Below, in pieces: positions 1-9,042 of a stretch of DNA of 40,861 nt. This stretch comes from a virus. Below the pieces are notes generated by a model that was given only the letters and a program-made list of their open reading frames with translations, was not told where the DNA came from and ran no database searches. The position numbers were made by a program, and so were the translations under genes. Positions within the stretch are counted from its first letter, which is position 1, and each line of letters begins with the position of its first letter. The stretch is taken from the UHGV virus genome UHGV-0129603; one strand, 5' to 3'.

Positions 1-24
1 AGATAAATACATAAAAAAGAAAAT

Positions 25-48
25 TGAGGGAGCATTATAGCTTCCTCA
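25..48 (-). terminator. Intrinsic terminator for the leftward genes
   Basis: TGAGGGAGC/GCTTCCTCA inverted repeat with an A-tract on its left (U-tract on minus strand). Confidence 0.6.
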
Positions 49-93
49 TATCTATTTTTATAGACCTATTATCTATCTGAAATGTTTCTATTT

Positions 94-393
94 TTAATCT
101 TCTTTAACAAGTATTCTCGGTATTGTTAACAGAGTAATAGTAATTAATAAGCCTAATACTAGTAATGAAAAAGTACCTGTTATACCTTCTATAGCAAGTA
201 ATTGAAAGAATAGTATTGTAGAGCTTATTACTGGAGTACATAAACTTATTATTCCAGCCCAAAAACCGTCATTTGTAAAATAGTAATATAATGTATATGC
301 TTCAACCATAAAAGATAATATAGCAAAAGCAATAGCTACAAGTCCATAAAGGGCAATCATGATTTTTGTAAAAAAAGTATTTTGATTTTTCAT
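94..393 (-). CDS. Small membrane protein
   Basis: 99-aa ORF with about 3 hydrophobic segments; AGGAGG RBS on minus strand near 400. Confidence 0.8.
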   Translation of the reverse strand: MKNQNTFFTKIMIALYGLVAIAFAILSFMVEAYTLYYYFTNDGFWAGIISLCTPVISSTILFFQLLAIEGITGTFSLLVLGLLITITLLTIPRILVKED

Positions 394-409
394 ATATTTT
401 CCTCCTTTG

Positions 410-775
410 TTAATTTATAAAAATATTTTTTCTCTTTCTGAAATAAATATAGTTTGGAAAAAACCATATAAATAATAGCATGATAAAATTAAAAACAAAA
501 CTTAACACAAGGTTTGAGGTTGAAAGTTTTCCACTATAAACTATTAAATCGGCTACTGCAACTGTTTCAAAAATCAAAATAATTACAATATGAATAAAAC
601 AATCTTTACTTCTTTTTTCCATTGCTTTTTCTACATAACATATATATATAAATATGAGTAATTCGTGTGCGAAAAGTTCAAAATCACATACTTTTAAATA
701 TTGTATAAAAAAATAAAATTCATTACCTAATAATATCGTCAAATGTACATCTTTCCAAAAATTATACCATTTCAT
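410..775 (-). CDS. Membrane protein
   Basis: 121-aa hydrophobic ORF ending NYIYFRKRK; AAGGAG upstream on minus strand, start may lie slightly upstream. Confidence 0.7.
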   Translation of the reverse strand: MKWYNFWKDVHLTILLGNEFYFFIQYLKVCDFELFAHELLIFIYICYVEKAMEKRSKDCFIHIVIILIFETVAVADLIVYSGKLSTSNLVLSFVFNFIMLLFIWFFPNYIYFRKRKNIFIN

Positions 776-917
776 TTTTATTCTTTTATATTCCTCCTTT
801 GTTTTCTAAAAATTTTGTTAATCCGTCGTTGTGTTACGTATAATATAGCATAATTTGTAATAAAATATCAATATATTTGTACAAACTTATTTATATAATT
901 TTATGAAAGGGTTAAAT

Positions 918-1163
918 ATGCTAAAAAGATTTAATAACAAGAAGAATATTTCTGGAACCTTACTAAAGAAATCCCGAGAAAATAAGGGCATGACTAAGAA
1001 GAGGTTATCTGAAATATTAGATACTTACGGAATCTATATCAATCCAGACGAATTACTACGAATAGAAAAGAACAAAGTGCTCGTCAAAGACTTTGAACTG
1101 GTAGCAATCGCCCAGATATTAGATATAGATCTAAACCAACTTAAAAGTAATTTAGAAGATTAG
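918..1163 (+). CDS. XRE-family HTH regulator
   Basis: LKKSRENKGMTKKRLSEIL...LLRIEKN...IAQILDID HTH pattern; RBS AAAGGG before ATG 918. Confidence 0.8.
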   Translation: MLKRFNNKKNISGTLLKKSRENKGMTKKRLSEILDTYGIYINPDELLRIEKNKVLVKDFELVAIAQILDIDLNQLKSNLED

Positions 1164-1187
1164 TATTGCAACTACTAATCTTTTTTT
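1157..1187 (+). terminator. Intrinsic terminator
   Basis: AGATTAGTA/TACTAATCT stem followed by a T-run. Confidence 0.75.
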
Positions 1188-1214
1188 AGTATATACTTTT
1201 TTTACAGAAAAGTG

Positions 1215-1274
1215 TGTCGTATTTTGTCGAATAAATAATAAAAATTTGCATTTTTTACCAATATATGTTATTAT
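1215..1274 (+). promoter_or_regulatory. SigA promoter of the recombinase with upstream Spo0A-box-like sites
   Basis: TTGCAT(1246)-17 bp-TATTAT(1269) with extended TG; TGTCGTA (1215) and TGTCGAA (1225) 10 bp apart. Confidence 0.55.
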
Positions 1275-1297
1275 GTTAATTTGAAAGGAGGCAAAAT

Positions 1298-2254
1298 ATG
1301 GAAACTAGCATTCCAATACTTAATAATTTCTTATATTATCTAATGGCAGTAAGGAACTATTCTCCAAAAACTATACACGATTATTCACGAGATTTACAAA
1401 ACTTTTTTAAATTTATCATTGAATACCAAGAGTTAAACGTAAAGCCAAAGGATTTAACCGTATTTATACTGGGAACAGTAAAGGAGAGTACCATACTACA
1501 ATATTTAATTTATCTACATCAATACAGAAATAATTGCCCTAAGAGTAGAAGTAAGATATTAGGGGCTATAAAGTGCTTTTATAAATGGCTATTTTTAAAA
1601 TATCCAGGTACGCTACAAAATAAAAAGAACCCAACGTCTGAAATACCATCAATAAACAGTATGGAACGTCTACCCAAATACGTAAAATTAAAAGATGCGC
1701 AAAGGTTACAAAGTATATTCAATAAAAACAATTCTAGATTTTACATACGAAATAATGCAATAATAACATTATTCTTAAATGCTGGTCTTAGGGCTAGTGA
1801 ACTAATAAACATAGATATTTCAGATGTAGACTTCAATGCCAAGAGAGTTAGAATTGTAGGAAAGGGAAATAAAGAGAGAGTAGTACTATTGACGCAAAAG
1901 AGTATAAATGCAATTAATAAATATCTAAAGACTAGAACAGATAAAGAAGAACCACTCTTTATAAATGCTAAAAAGCAAAGGTTTAAGGTAAGGGGAATAG
2001 AAGAAGTATGCGAAAAAGCTTATGATTTAGCTGGATTGAAAGATAAGAAATATACAACACACACATTGAGGCACACATCAGCAACATATTTATATAAATC
2101 ATGCAAAGATATTCTAATAGTTAAGGAATTTTTAGGGCATAATAGTTTAGCTTCAACACAAATATATACTCATATACTACCAGAAATGGCAAAAGATGCA
2201 GTAAACAAGAATCCATTAAATAAAATATCAAATAGAAAATTAAGTAAAAAATAA
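1298..2254 (+). CDS. XerC/XerD-like tyrosine recombinase (probable integrase)
   Basis: Catalytic motifs GLRASEL, GKGNKER, HTLRH, LGH, TQIYTH; N-terminal SAM-like domain. Confidence 0.93.
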   Translation: METSIPILNNFLYYLMAVRNYSPKTIHDYSRDLQNFFKFIIEYQELNVKPKDLTVFILGTVKESTILQYLIYLHQYRNNCPKSRSKILGAIKCFYKWLFLKYPGTLQNKKNPTSEIPSINSMERLPKYVKLKDAQRLQSIFNKNNSRFYIRNNAIITLFLNAGLRASELINIDISDVDFNAKRVRIVGKGNKERVVLLTQKSINAINKYLKTRTDKEEPLFINAKKQRFKVRGIEEVCEKAYDLAGLKDKKYTTHTLRHTSATYLYKSCKDILIVKEFLGHNSLASTQIYTHILPEMAKDAVNKNPLNKISNRKLSKK

Positions 2255-2273
2255 AAGAAAGGGGAAGAGTGTT

Positions 2274-2492
2274 ATACAAGATTTTAACAAGGTACATATA
2301 ACTTTATTTGAATGTCAAATAGACTTATTGTTGGATTCGCTAATAGTCTATGGTTACGACACAAATGAAAAATACAAAAATCGTAAACTTTCAAAATCAA
2401 AAGCCGAAAATTCAGAAAAAGCGTTAATTACAGATACTTACCATGAATTATTAGCTTGTAAGAAAGAAAATCAAAAAGAAAAAGCTTTATAA
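2274..2492 (+). CDS. Hypothetical protein with non-canonical (ATA) start, or start-mutated pseudogene
   Basis: 72 open codons IQDFNKVHITLFECQIDLLLDSL...; RBS AAAGGGGAAG at 2258-2267; not in ORF track. Confidence 0.5.
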   Translation: MQDFNKVHITLFECQIDLLLDSLIVYGYDTNEKYKNRKLSKSKAENSEKALITDTYHELLACKKENQKEKAL

Positions 2493-2502
2493 TAAAAAAT
2501 CG

Positions 2503-2531
2503 TTGACAAATAATATTGTATGTGATAATAT
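2503..2531 (+). promoter_or_regulatory. SigA promoter of the early operon
   Basis: TTGACA-17 bp-TAATAT with extended TG. Confidence 0.65.
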
Positions 2532-2670
2532 ACATATATAAAGTTTAGAAAAAACTTTTTAATCATTTATTTATGTGAGATAGAGAAGAGGCAAAGTACA
2601 AAACTTTGCTAAATATAGTTAGATAAAACATTGCACAAAATCAAAGCTCGGTTACATAACATAGAACTCT

Positions 2671-2731
2671 AAAAAATACATATATAAATGCTTAGGAGTA
2701 ACATTCTAAACACTTATATATGTATTTTTTT
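2671..2731 (+). terminator. Long hairpin or attenuator upstream of XRE gene
   Basis: 17-bp perfect inverted repeat AAAAAATACATATATAA/TTATATATGTATTTTTT. Confidence 0.6.
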
Positions 2732-2751
2732 GCGTGTTTGGAGGTGGAATA

Positions 2752-2973
2752 ATGAGTAAAGTTAGTGAAGAGGTAGCAAAAATAAGTGAAAATATAGCAA
2801 GAATAAGACGTAAAAGAGGTATATCTCAAGAAACTCTTGCAAAAAAAGTAGATAAATCAAAACAGTCTATTTATTTGCTTGAAAAGGGAGAAATACAAAG
2901 ACCAAATGTTGAAACAATACAAAAAATTGCAGAAGTTTTAGAAGTTTCAATAACAGAATTGCTAAAAAAATAG
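2752..2973 (+). CDS. XRE/Cro-like HTH regulator
   Basis: IRRKRGISQETLAKKVDKSKQSIYLLEKG...IAEVLEVSITEL; RBS GGAGGTG. Confidence 0.9.
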   Translation: MSKVSEEVAKISENIARIRRKRGISQETLAKKVDKSKQSIYLLEKGEIQRPNVETIQKIAEVLEVSITELLKK

Positions 2974-3033
2974 ACTGCATATACCCGTATAGGCACACAC
3001 AATCCATAATTATTTATATATGTGATTGGTGCT

Positions 3034-3062
3034 ATTATACATAAAATCTTTAAATAAGTCAA
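3034..3062 (-). promoter_or_regulatory. Leftward SigA promoter antisense to the XRE gene
   Basis: Minus strand TTGACT-17 bp-TATAAT. Confidence 0.65.
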
Positions 3063-3081
3063 TAGGAGGTGTGAAAAAATC

Positions 3082-3318
3082 ATGAATATAGTAACTATAT
3101 TTCCGCTTGTTTTTGGAATGGTATTAGGTGCAGAAGTAAGCTTTTTATTTGCAATGGATAAAATTGAAAAGCTTAAAGTAACTAATGAATTGCAAAGTTG
3201 TATTATAAAAATACTACAAGAAGAGAGAGGATATAATCAAGTACAAGCTATAATTAATGGCGATGGTGCAATAGTTGAGAAGTACGACAAAATAAAAGAG
3301 CTAGTTGAAAGGGACTAA
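3082..3318 (+). CDS. Hypothetical protein with N-terminal TM segment
   Basis: 78-aa ORF, RBS AGGAGGTG. Confidence 0.75.
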   Translation: MNIVTIFPLVFGMVLGAEVSFLFAMDKIEKLKVTNELQSCIIKILQEERGYNQVQAIINGDGAIVEKYDKIKELVERD

Positions 3319-3362
3319 CTAACTCTTTATTAACAAGGCATACAAATAAAATATCTATTGCT

Positions 3363-3391
3363 ATTGTAGCATGGAAAGGAAAGAAAGGCAA
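3363..3391 (-). promoter_or_regulatory. Leftward promoter overlapping the abrB-like RBS
   Basis: Minus strand TTGCCT-17 bp-TACAAT with extended TG; hairpin at 3295-3328 downstream. Confidence 0.45.
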
Positions 3392-3397
3392 GTAAAT

Positions 3398-3637
3398 ATG
3401 AAAAAAACAATAGGAATTGTAAGAAGAATTGATGATCTAGGTAGGGTCGTTTTACCTAAAGAATTAAGAAAAAGCTTAGGTATAGATATAGGAACTCCTT
3501 TGGAAATATCTATGAACGGTTCAAAGATAATTTTAGAAAAATATAAGTATAAGAAATGTAATGAATGTGGTCAATTGCTAGAAGAGAATGCTAATTATTG
3601 TAGCAATTGTGGAGAGAAGGTTGAAATTAATGAGTAA
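3398..3637 (+). CDS. AbrB-family regulator with C-terminal zinc ribbon
   Basis: GIVRRIDDLGRVVLPKELRKSL plus CxxC...CxxC. Confidence 0.92.
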   Translation: MKKTIGIVRRIDDLGRVVLPKELRKSLGIDIGTPLEISMNGSKIILEKYKYKKCNECGQLLEENANYCSNCGEKVEINE

Positions 3638-3878
3638 AGCACAAGATTTAGAAGATATGCAAGAATTTGTAAATGAATATGAAAATATTAAAGATACTTT
3701 AGAAAGTTTACTAGATGAAACAAACAATAAAGAGTTAAGAGAAGAAGTAAATGGATTACTTAGTGTACTTGAGGAGGATTATGAACAACAGAATAAAGAT
3801 TTCACAGAAAGAATTGCTGAAATGGAGAATGAAGAAGAGAACTATTTAGAAAGACAATATTATTCGATGAAGTTGTAA
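3630..3878 (+). CDS. Acidic coiled-coil phage protein
   Basis: E/D-rich ORF overlapping the previous stop. Confidence 0.75.
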   Translation: MSKAQDLEDMQEFVNEYENIKDTLESLLDETNNKELREEVNGLLSVLEEDYEQQNKDFTERIAEMENEEENYLERQYYSMKL

Positions 3879-3888
3879 GGAGGAAGAA

Positions 3889-4536
3889 ATGCTAAAAAAA
3901 TATGATGAATTAAGAAAAGTTGATGTAAGTAAATGGGTAGAAAAAAGAGATGGTGCAGATTATATAAATTGGGCAAAAGTCGTAGATTTATTACATGAGA
4001 ATGGAGCAGAAAAAGTTTATTTTGAACCAGTCGTAAGTGAAATAACAGGAAGTAGTTTGTATATGACAGAGCAAGTTTTTACAGATAGTAAAGGCAATAC
4101 AAATAGAGTTTATGAAACAGCAGTAAAAATTGTAATTGATGATACGGAATTTATACAAAGAGGTCCAGTTACTAATGGATCTAATCCTGTAAAAGATAAT
4201 TCGATGACACAACAAAGATTATGGAATTGTCAAACAAGATTATTTGTTAAAGGAGTTGCAATTAGAACAGGACTTGGATTTGATTTATGGTTAAAAGACG
4301 AACTAAAAAATGAAAAAGAAAATTGGGAAGATGATTTATCTAAGCATGATATATTCAAAATTAAAGAAAGATGCCAACAAATATATACTAAAAAATTAAA
4401 AGAAGGCTTAACAGTTAAAGAAATAGCTGAAAAATTACATAAAACAGAAGATGAAGTAAAAGCTTTGTTTACATATTTTGATACTTTAAGCAATTTTGAA
4501 AGGGATTTGTCTAATATTGATACAAAGTCAAGATAG
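3889..4536 (+). CDS. Sak3/DUF1071-type single-strand annealing protein
   Basis: N-terminus ELRKVDVSKWVEKRDGADYINWA and late GLGFDLW motif; adjacent to exonuclease and SSB. Confidence 0.75.
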   Translation: MLKKYDELRKVDVSKWVEKRDGADYINWAKVVDLLHENGAEKVYFEPVVSEITGSSLYMTEQVFTDSKGNTNRVYETAVKIVIDDTEFIQRGPVTNGSNPVKDNSMTQQRLWNCQTRLFVKGVAIRTGLGFDLWLKDELKNEKENWEDDLSKHDIFKIKERCQQIYTKKLKEGLTVKEIAEKLHKTEDEVKALFTYFDTLSNFERDLSNIDTKSR

Positions 4537-5080
4537 AAGTGGATACATAGGAGCTTCTGATACTAGCATGGTAGTTGGAAATTGGCAAACAAAAACATTT
4601 GAACAGTGGTGGTTGGAAAAATTAGGTTTAAATAAAAAACAGCTAAATACAGAAGCAATTAAAGCAGGAAATAATTATGAACATAAGGTTTTAGAAGCTC
4701 TTGATATTGAAACTTTAGAAATGGACAAACAGATTATAAAAAATAAATTACGAGTTAATTTAGATGGAAATACAGATGATTGTATTTACGAAGTAAAAAC
4801 TCATAATGCAAATAAAGAATTTAAAGTATCAAAACAATATTGGAGACAAGCACAAGTAGAGATGTATGCAAGCAATATATTTAATTTATATATAGTTGCA
4901 TACGAATTAAGAGAAAATGATTATAAGAATTATTTTAACGATATTGATAAAGAACGAATAAAAAAAATAAAAGTGGAATATGATGAAGGTTTTATTAATA
5001 GAGAATATCTACCTAGGCTAAGAATATTAGAACGATGTTTAATAGAAGGTAGATTTCCAGAAAGGATTAGTTATGAATAA
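4517..5080 (+). CDS. YqaJ-like recombination exonuclease
   Basis: RSGYIGASD, GNNYE, NLDG, YEVKT, YWRQAQVEM motifs. Confidence 0.85.
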   Translation: MIQSQDRSGYIGASDTSMVVGNWQTKTFEQWWLEKLGLNKKQLNTEAIKAGNNYEHKVLEALDIETLEMDKQIIKNKLRVNLDGNTDDCIYEVKTHNANKEFKVSKQYWRQAQVEMYASNIFNLYIVAYELRENDYKNYFNDIDKERIKKIKVEYDEGFINREYLPRLRILERCLIEGRFPERISYE

Positions 5081-5459
5081 AGTTATTTTAATGGGACGTC
5101 TTACAAAAGAGCCAGAGGTTAGATATACACAAACTACAAATACTATGGTAACAAGCTTTACGCTCGCAGTAAATAGAAGGTTTGTAAAACAAGGTGAAGA
5201 AAGACAAGCAGATTTTATAAATATTGTTGCTTGGAATAAAACTGCAGAGTTTGTAAGTAAGTATTTTGGTAAAGGACAGCAAGTAGGTGTAATTGGAAGA
5301 ATCCAAACTAGAAACTATGATGATGAGCAAGGCGTAAAACATTATATTACAGAAGTAATTGCAGAAGAAGTTTATTTTGCAGGAGAAAAGAAAGAAAAAG
5401 CACAAAATGACACAACAGATGATTTTGAGATTACTAATTCAGATGATTTACCTTTTTAG
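5073..5459 (+). CDS. ssb: Single-stranded DNA-binding protein
   Basis: MNKVILMGRLTKEPEVRYT...DDLPF C-terminus. Confidence 0.97.
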   Translation: MNKVILMGRLTKEPEVRYTQTTNTMVTSFTLAVNRRFVKQGEERQADFINIVAWNKTAEFVSKYFGKGQQVGVIGRIQTRNYDDEQGVKHYITEVIAEEVYFAGEKKEKAQNDTTDDFEITNSDDLPF

Positions 5460-5472
5460 TTAGGAGGCTATC

Positions 5473-5922
5473 ATGGTAGGAACAGCAGAAGCACTTGTAA
5501 AATGGTTATTTAACCAAAGTAGAGAAAAACTATTTGAAATCAAAGAACATAAAGAAAAGAGAACTTTAACTCAGAACGCATATATGTGGAGTTTAATCAA
5601 TGGAATTGCAAACAAAATAAACTTATCAAAAGATAATACATATTTAAAGATGATTAAAGATTATTCACAGTCAATGCTAGTAACAATAAGAGCTGATATA
5701 GATGTATCAAAGTTCTTCAAGTATTACGAATTTGAACGAGAAGCCCAAATAAGCGGAGTAAACTTCAAAATATATAAAGTATATGAGGGCAGTTCTCAAA
5801 TGAACAAAAACGAATTTAGAATGCTTTTAGATGGTGTAATACAAGAAGCGCAACAGTTAGGAATATGCACACTAACGCCAAATGAAATTGAAAGGTTAAG
5901 GTGGATAGATGAAAGAGTTTAG
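5473..5922 (+). CDS. NinB-like recombination protein
   Basis: KRTLTQNAYMW and SSQMNKNEFRMLLDGVIQEA motifs. Confidence 0.65.
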   Translation: MVGTAEALVKWLFNQSREKLFEIKEHKEKRTLTQNAYMWSLINGIANKINLSKDNTYLKMIKDYSQSMLVTIRADIDVSKFFKYYEFEREAQISGVNFKIYKVYEGSSQMNKNEFRMLLDGVIQEAQQLGICTLTPNEIERLRWIDERV

Positions 5923-6199
5923 CATAATGCCAGAAAATCCGTTGTATTCAACAGAAAGATATGCAGGCCTAGAAAGACACGAAATATTTGAAGGCAGAAC
6001 AAGTAATAGAGACAAGTCTATTAAAGATGGATTAGTAATATTTATTACACCTGATATGCATAGAACAAGTAACGATTCAATCCACCTAAATCCTAAAAAA
6101 TGGAAATGGTTAAAAGTAATAGCGCAAAAGACTTGGCAAGAGCATTACAACAAAACAAAAGATGATTTTATACAGAGGTATGGAAAGAATTATTTATAA
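5909..6199 (+). CDS. Phage HNH-like small nuclease
   Basis: ERHEIFEG..NRDKSIKDGLV...H...IH...FIQRYGKNYL. Confidence 0.55.
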   Translation: MKEFSIMPENPLYSTERYAGLERHEIFEGRTSNRDKSIKDGLVIFITPDMHRTSNDSIHLNPKKWKWLKVIAQKTWQEHYNKTKDDFIQRYGKNYL

Positions 6200-6215
6200 A
6201 AAGGAGAAAATAAAA

Positions 6216-6503
6216 ATGAGTTTTAAAGCAGAAATAACAGAAAAATATACAAGCATAGAAGGAAGGGTACCTGAGATATTAGCTGGACTAGCAGCATATA
6301 TAAACGTACTAAAGAAAGAAGGAATTCCTAAAAAGCTTATTCAACAAGTAGTTGATTTAGCATTAGAAGATAAAAAAGAAAAAAGAGCAGAAACAATATT
6401 GGATACTAACAATGTTAAAGTAAAGAAATTTGATTTGAATAATATGTCAAAAGAAGAAGCAAAAAAATTCATAGAAAAAGAAATATCTAAAATGTTCGAT
6501 TAA
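6216..6503 (+). CDS. Hypothetical protein
   Basis: ORF with AAGGAG RBS before ATG 6216. Confidence 0.75.
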   Translation: MSFKAEITEKYTSIEGRVPEILAGLAAYINVLKKEGIPKKLIQQVVDLALEDKKEKRAETILDTNNVKVKKFDLNNMSKEEAKKFIEKEISKMFD

Positions 6504-6580
6504 AGATAAAGCTTAAGAAATGAAGATATAAAAGCAAATTTATTGTGTTTTATATATGCATTTAATGAAGGGAGAAACAA

Positions 6581-7346
6581 ATGGCAAGAAAAAGAATGAT
6601 ATCTCCTAACTTTTGGACTGATGAAAAAGTCGGCGAGTGTTCAATTCAAGAAAGATTACTATTCATGGGATTGATTAGTAATGCAGATGATGAAGGATAT
6701 GGCAGAGCAAATCCGAAGCTGTTAAAGTCTTTAATATTTCCATATGACGACTTACGAACTTCCGATTTAGAAAAATGGCTTTCCCACTTAGGCGGATTAA
6801 AAATGGTAGTTTTGTATAAATATGAAGGACAGACCTACTACTATCTCCCTAATTTTCTGAAACATCAAACAATAAATAAACCCACTGAAACAGACTTTCC
6901 AAGGATTGATGAAAATGGTGTAGTAGTACTACGGTAGTGCTACGGTAGTACTACCTCCTAATAGAATAGAAGAGAATAGAAAAGAAAAAGAAGAGAAGAG
7001 AATAAGAATAAAAGAAATTTACAACTCAACTTGCTCTAATTTGTCACAGGTTCAAAAACTAACTGAGAAAAGAGAAAAAGCAATAGATAACTTTCTTAAA
7101 GAATTTACGGAAGATCAGTTTAAAAACATATGCAAGATAGCCAATTCAACAGATTTCCTTATTGGGAAAAATGATAACGGTTGGAAAGCAGATTTTGATT
7201 TTTTGATGAGAATTGATAAAGCAACTAATGTACTTGAGGGAAAATACAATGATGACAAAAAGTCGAAAAATTCAAAGAAAACAGCATATAACGATTATAG
7301 CCAAAGAAGCTATGAAAATTTAGATAGTTTATATGCGAATACATGA
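6581..7346 (+). CDS. Phage replication initiator, split by a +1 shift at CGG 6932 (about 254 aa fused)
   Basis: N-terminal MARKRMISPNFWTD...ADDEGYG domain; +1 frame from 6933 continues GSATVVLPPNRIEE...WKADFDFLMR...EGKY with no RBS of its own. Confidence 0.8.
6923..7010. repeat. Putative origin: three 11-bp-period palindromic iterons plus purine-rich tract
   Basis: GTAGTACTAC-G-GTAGTGCTAC-G-GTAGTACTAC at 6923-6954 inside the initiator gene, followed by AGAAT/AGAAG repeats. Confidence 0.7.
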
Positions 7347-7362
7347 AGAAGGTGAGAAAGCC

Positions 7363-7770
7363 ATGTTGATTAAAACTAATTTACACGAAATATTTAAAAA
7401 TATGCTTGAGGGTAATGTGCAGATCACAGACAATTCGGTATGTGATAAATGCAGCAAATGTGGAGAGTGTTGTAGTTGTTTTTTACCAATAAGTCAAAAT
7501 GAGGCAGATATAATTCAAAAGTATGTTATAAAACATCAAATTAGACCTCAAAAAAAGTTATTGGTTATGGAAAATAGACTAACATGTCCCTACTACGATG
7601 GCAAAAAGTGTTTAATATACGAGGTCAGGCCTTTAATTTGTAAAGAATTTTATTGTTATAAAAAGCCATCTGCAGAATTAGCTCGAAAATTTTCAAAAGA
7701 TGAATACATTCCAGTAAATATGTGGAGAATGGCAAACGAAATAGATAAATATTTTAGGAGGCGTCAATGA
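7363..7770 (+). CDS. YkgJ-family CxxCxxCC metal-binding protein
   Basis: CSKCGECC, CPYY, CLIYEVRPLICKEFYC. Confidence 0.85.
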   Translation: MLIKTNLHEIFKNMLEGNVQITDNSVCDKCSKCGECCSCFLPISQNEADIIQKYVIKHQIRPQKKLLVMENRLTCPYYDGKKCLIYEVRPLICKEFYCYKKPSAELARKFSKDEYIPVNMWRMANEIDKYFRRRQ

Positions 7771-8045
7771 AAAAAGTAAAATTAAATTATACAAAACAAG
7801 GATATTCATACATTAAATGCACAATAGAAGATTGTTTAGACTGGGGTGGATTAGCAATATGTGACAACTGTGGAAAAGCTATTGCAGGTGAAGTATATCT
7901 AATTTTTGTACTAGGAAGAGCATGCTGTTCAGAATGCTTTAAAGAGTGGGAAAATAGAGCTAATAGATATACAGAAGATTTGCAATTGCAAGAGGAAAGA
8001 CAAAAACAATGGTATAGAGCTTATGGCTTTGATGTAGAGGAATAG
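7767..8045 (+). CDS. Hypothetical zinc-finger protein
   Basis: ICDNC...CSEC; RBS AGGAGG. Confidence 0.75.
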   Translation: MKKVKLNYTKQGYSYIKCTIEDCLDWGGLAICDNCGKAIAGEVYLIFVLGRACCSECFKEWENRANRYTEDLQLQEERQKQWYRAYGFDVEE

Positions 8046-8048
8046 GGC

Positions 8049-8219
8049 ATGGAATATTCAGAATTACAAGGCATCTGTGTAAAAGCAATAAAATATGGTT
8101 TATGCTTAGGGTGTCAACAATTAGAAAATCCGTATTTTAAAGGGAAAAATAAATGCCAATATGTTAAAGAAAATCATGGAGAACAAGTAAGATTAAATCT
8201 AGATGGAGGCAAAAGATGA
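8049..8219 (+). CDS. Small Cys-rich protein (56 aa)
   Basis: MEYSELQGICVKAIKYGLCLGCQQLENPYF...; fills the gap, ATGA overlap with rusA. Confidence 0.7.
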   Translation: MEYSELQGICVKAIKYGLCLGCQQLENPYFKGKNKCQYVKENHGEQVRLNLDGGKR

Positions 8220-8629
8220 AATATACATTTGAAATACACGAAAAAGCAATAGGAAAAGAAAGACCAAGATATAGTGCCATAACTCATAGAATGTACACGC
8301 CAATTAAGACAAGTACATTTGAGGAAAAAGTAAAAAATGCTTTCTTAGCGAAATATAACATACAGACAGAACCAACAGAAAAACCGTTAGAAGCAATAAT
8401 TAAAGTCCAATTTATGCCACCAGAAAGTCTAAGTAAAAACAAAAAGAATGCATTATTATTTACCCCATATGACAAAAAGCCTGATTGCGACAATTTAGCA
8501 AAAGCAATACTAGATTCATTAAATGGATTAGCTTACAAAGATGATAAGCAAATTACTTATTTGTCAATTGAGAAAATATATGGATTGGAAAATAAAATTG
8601 AAGTGAATTTGGAGGAAACAACTATATGA
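8216..8629 (+). CDS. rusA: RusA Holliday junction resolvase
   Basis: GKERPR, KKPDCDNLAKAILDSLNGLAYKDDKQI. Confidence 0.93.
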   Translation: MKYTFEIHEKAIGKERPRYSAITHRMYTPIKTSTFEEKVKNAFLAKYNIQTEPTEKPLEAIIKVQFMPPESLSKNKKNALLFTPYDKKPDCDNLAKAILDSLNGLAYKDDKQITYLSIEKIYGLENKIEVNLEETTI

Positions 8630-8796
8630 AAAGAAAAGACATAATAGATGCTATTGTGATTATTTTGATTATATTTATTTTGACACTTTACAATGGAGCT
8701 TTAAATGCTAAGTGCGATTTAAGACAGAATAAAATAAATGAATTGCAAAATGTAGTAGAACAACAAGTTGAGCTTATAGATGCTTTACAACAATAG
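8626..8796 (+). CDS. Small membrane-anchored coiled-coil protein (56 aa)
   Basis: MKRKDIIDAIVIILIIFILTL...; RBS GGAGG. Confidence 0.7.
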   Translation: MKRKDIIDAIVIILIIFILTLYNGALNAKCDLRQNKINELQNVVEQQVELIDALQQ

Positions 8797-8829
8797 TAAA
8801 CAAATGGATTTATTTGGAGGTAATAAAAA

Positions 8830-9042
8830 ATGATATTTAAAATACAAAAGCCACTATGTGGTGGAACTCAATATTTACTATACAACAAAGATAAAACAGT
8901 AATGACAGATAGTCTTGCGATTGGAGATATGCCAGAAATGGACAAGCTATTTGAAAGTGCTGATAAAATATATGTAAAAGGCTATATAGACAGAAAACAT
9001 CAGATAATTTTAAATAGAATTGTTAAAGAACAGGATTGGTAG
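8830..9042 (+). CDS. Hypothetical protein
   Basis: 70-aa ORF, RBS GGAGGT. Confidence 0.75.
   Translation: MIFKIQKPLCGGTQYLLYNKDKTVMTDSLAIGDMPEMDKLFESADKIYVKGYIDRKHQIILNRIVKEQDW

Noticed and set aside
2570..2660. c-di-GMP-I riboswitch
   Set aside because: GGCAAA is present but the GAAA loop and GACGCAAAG core are not.
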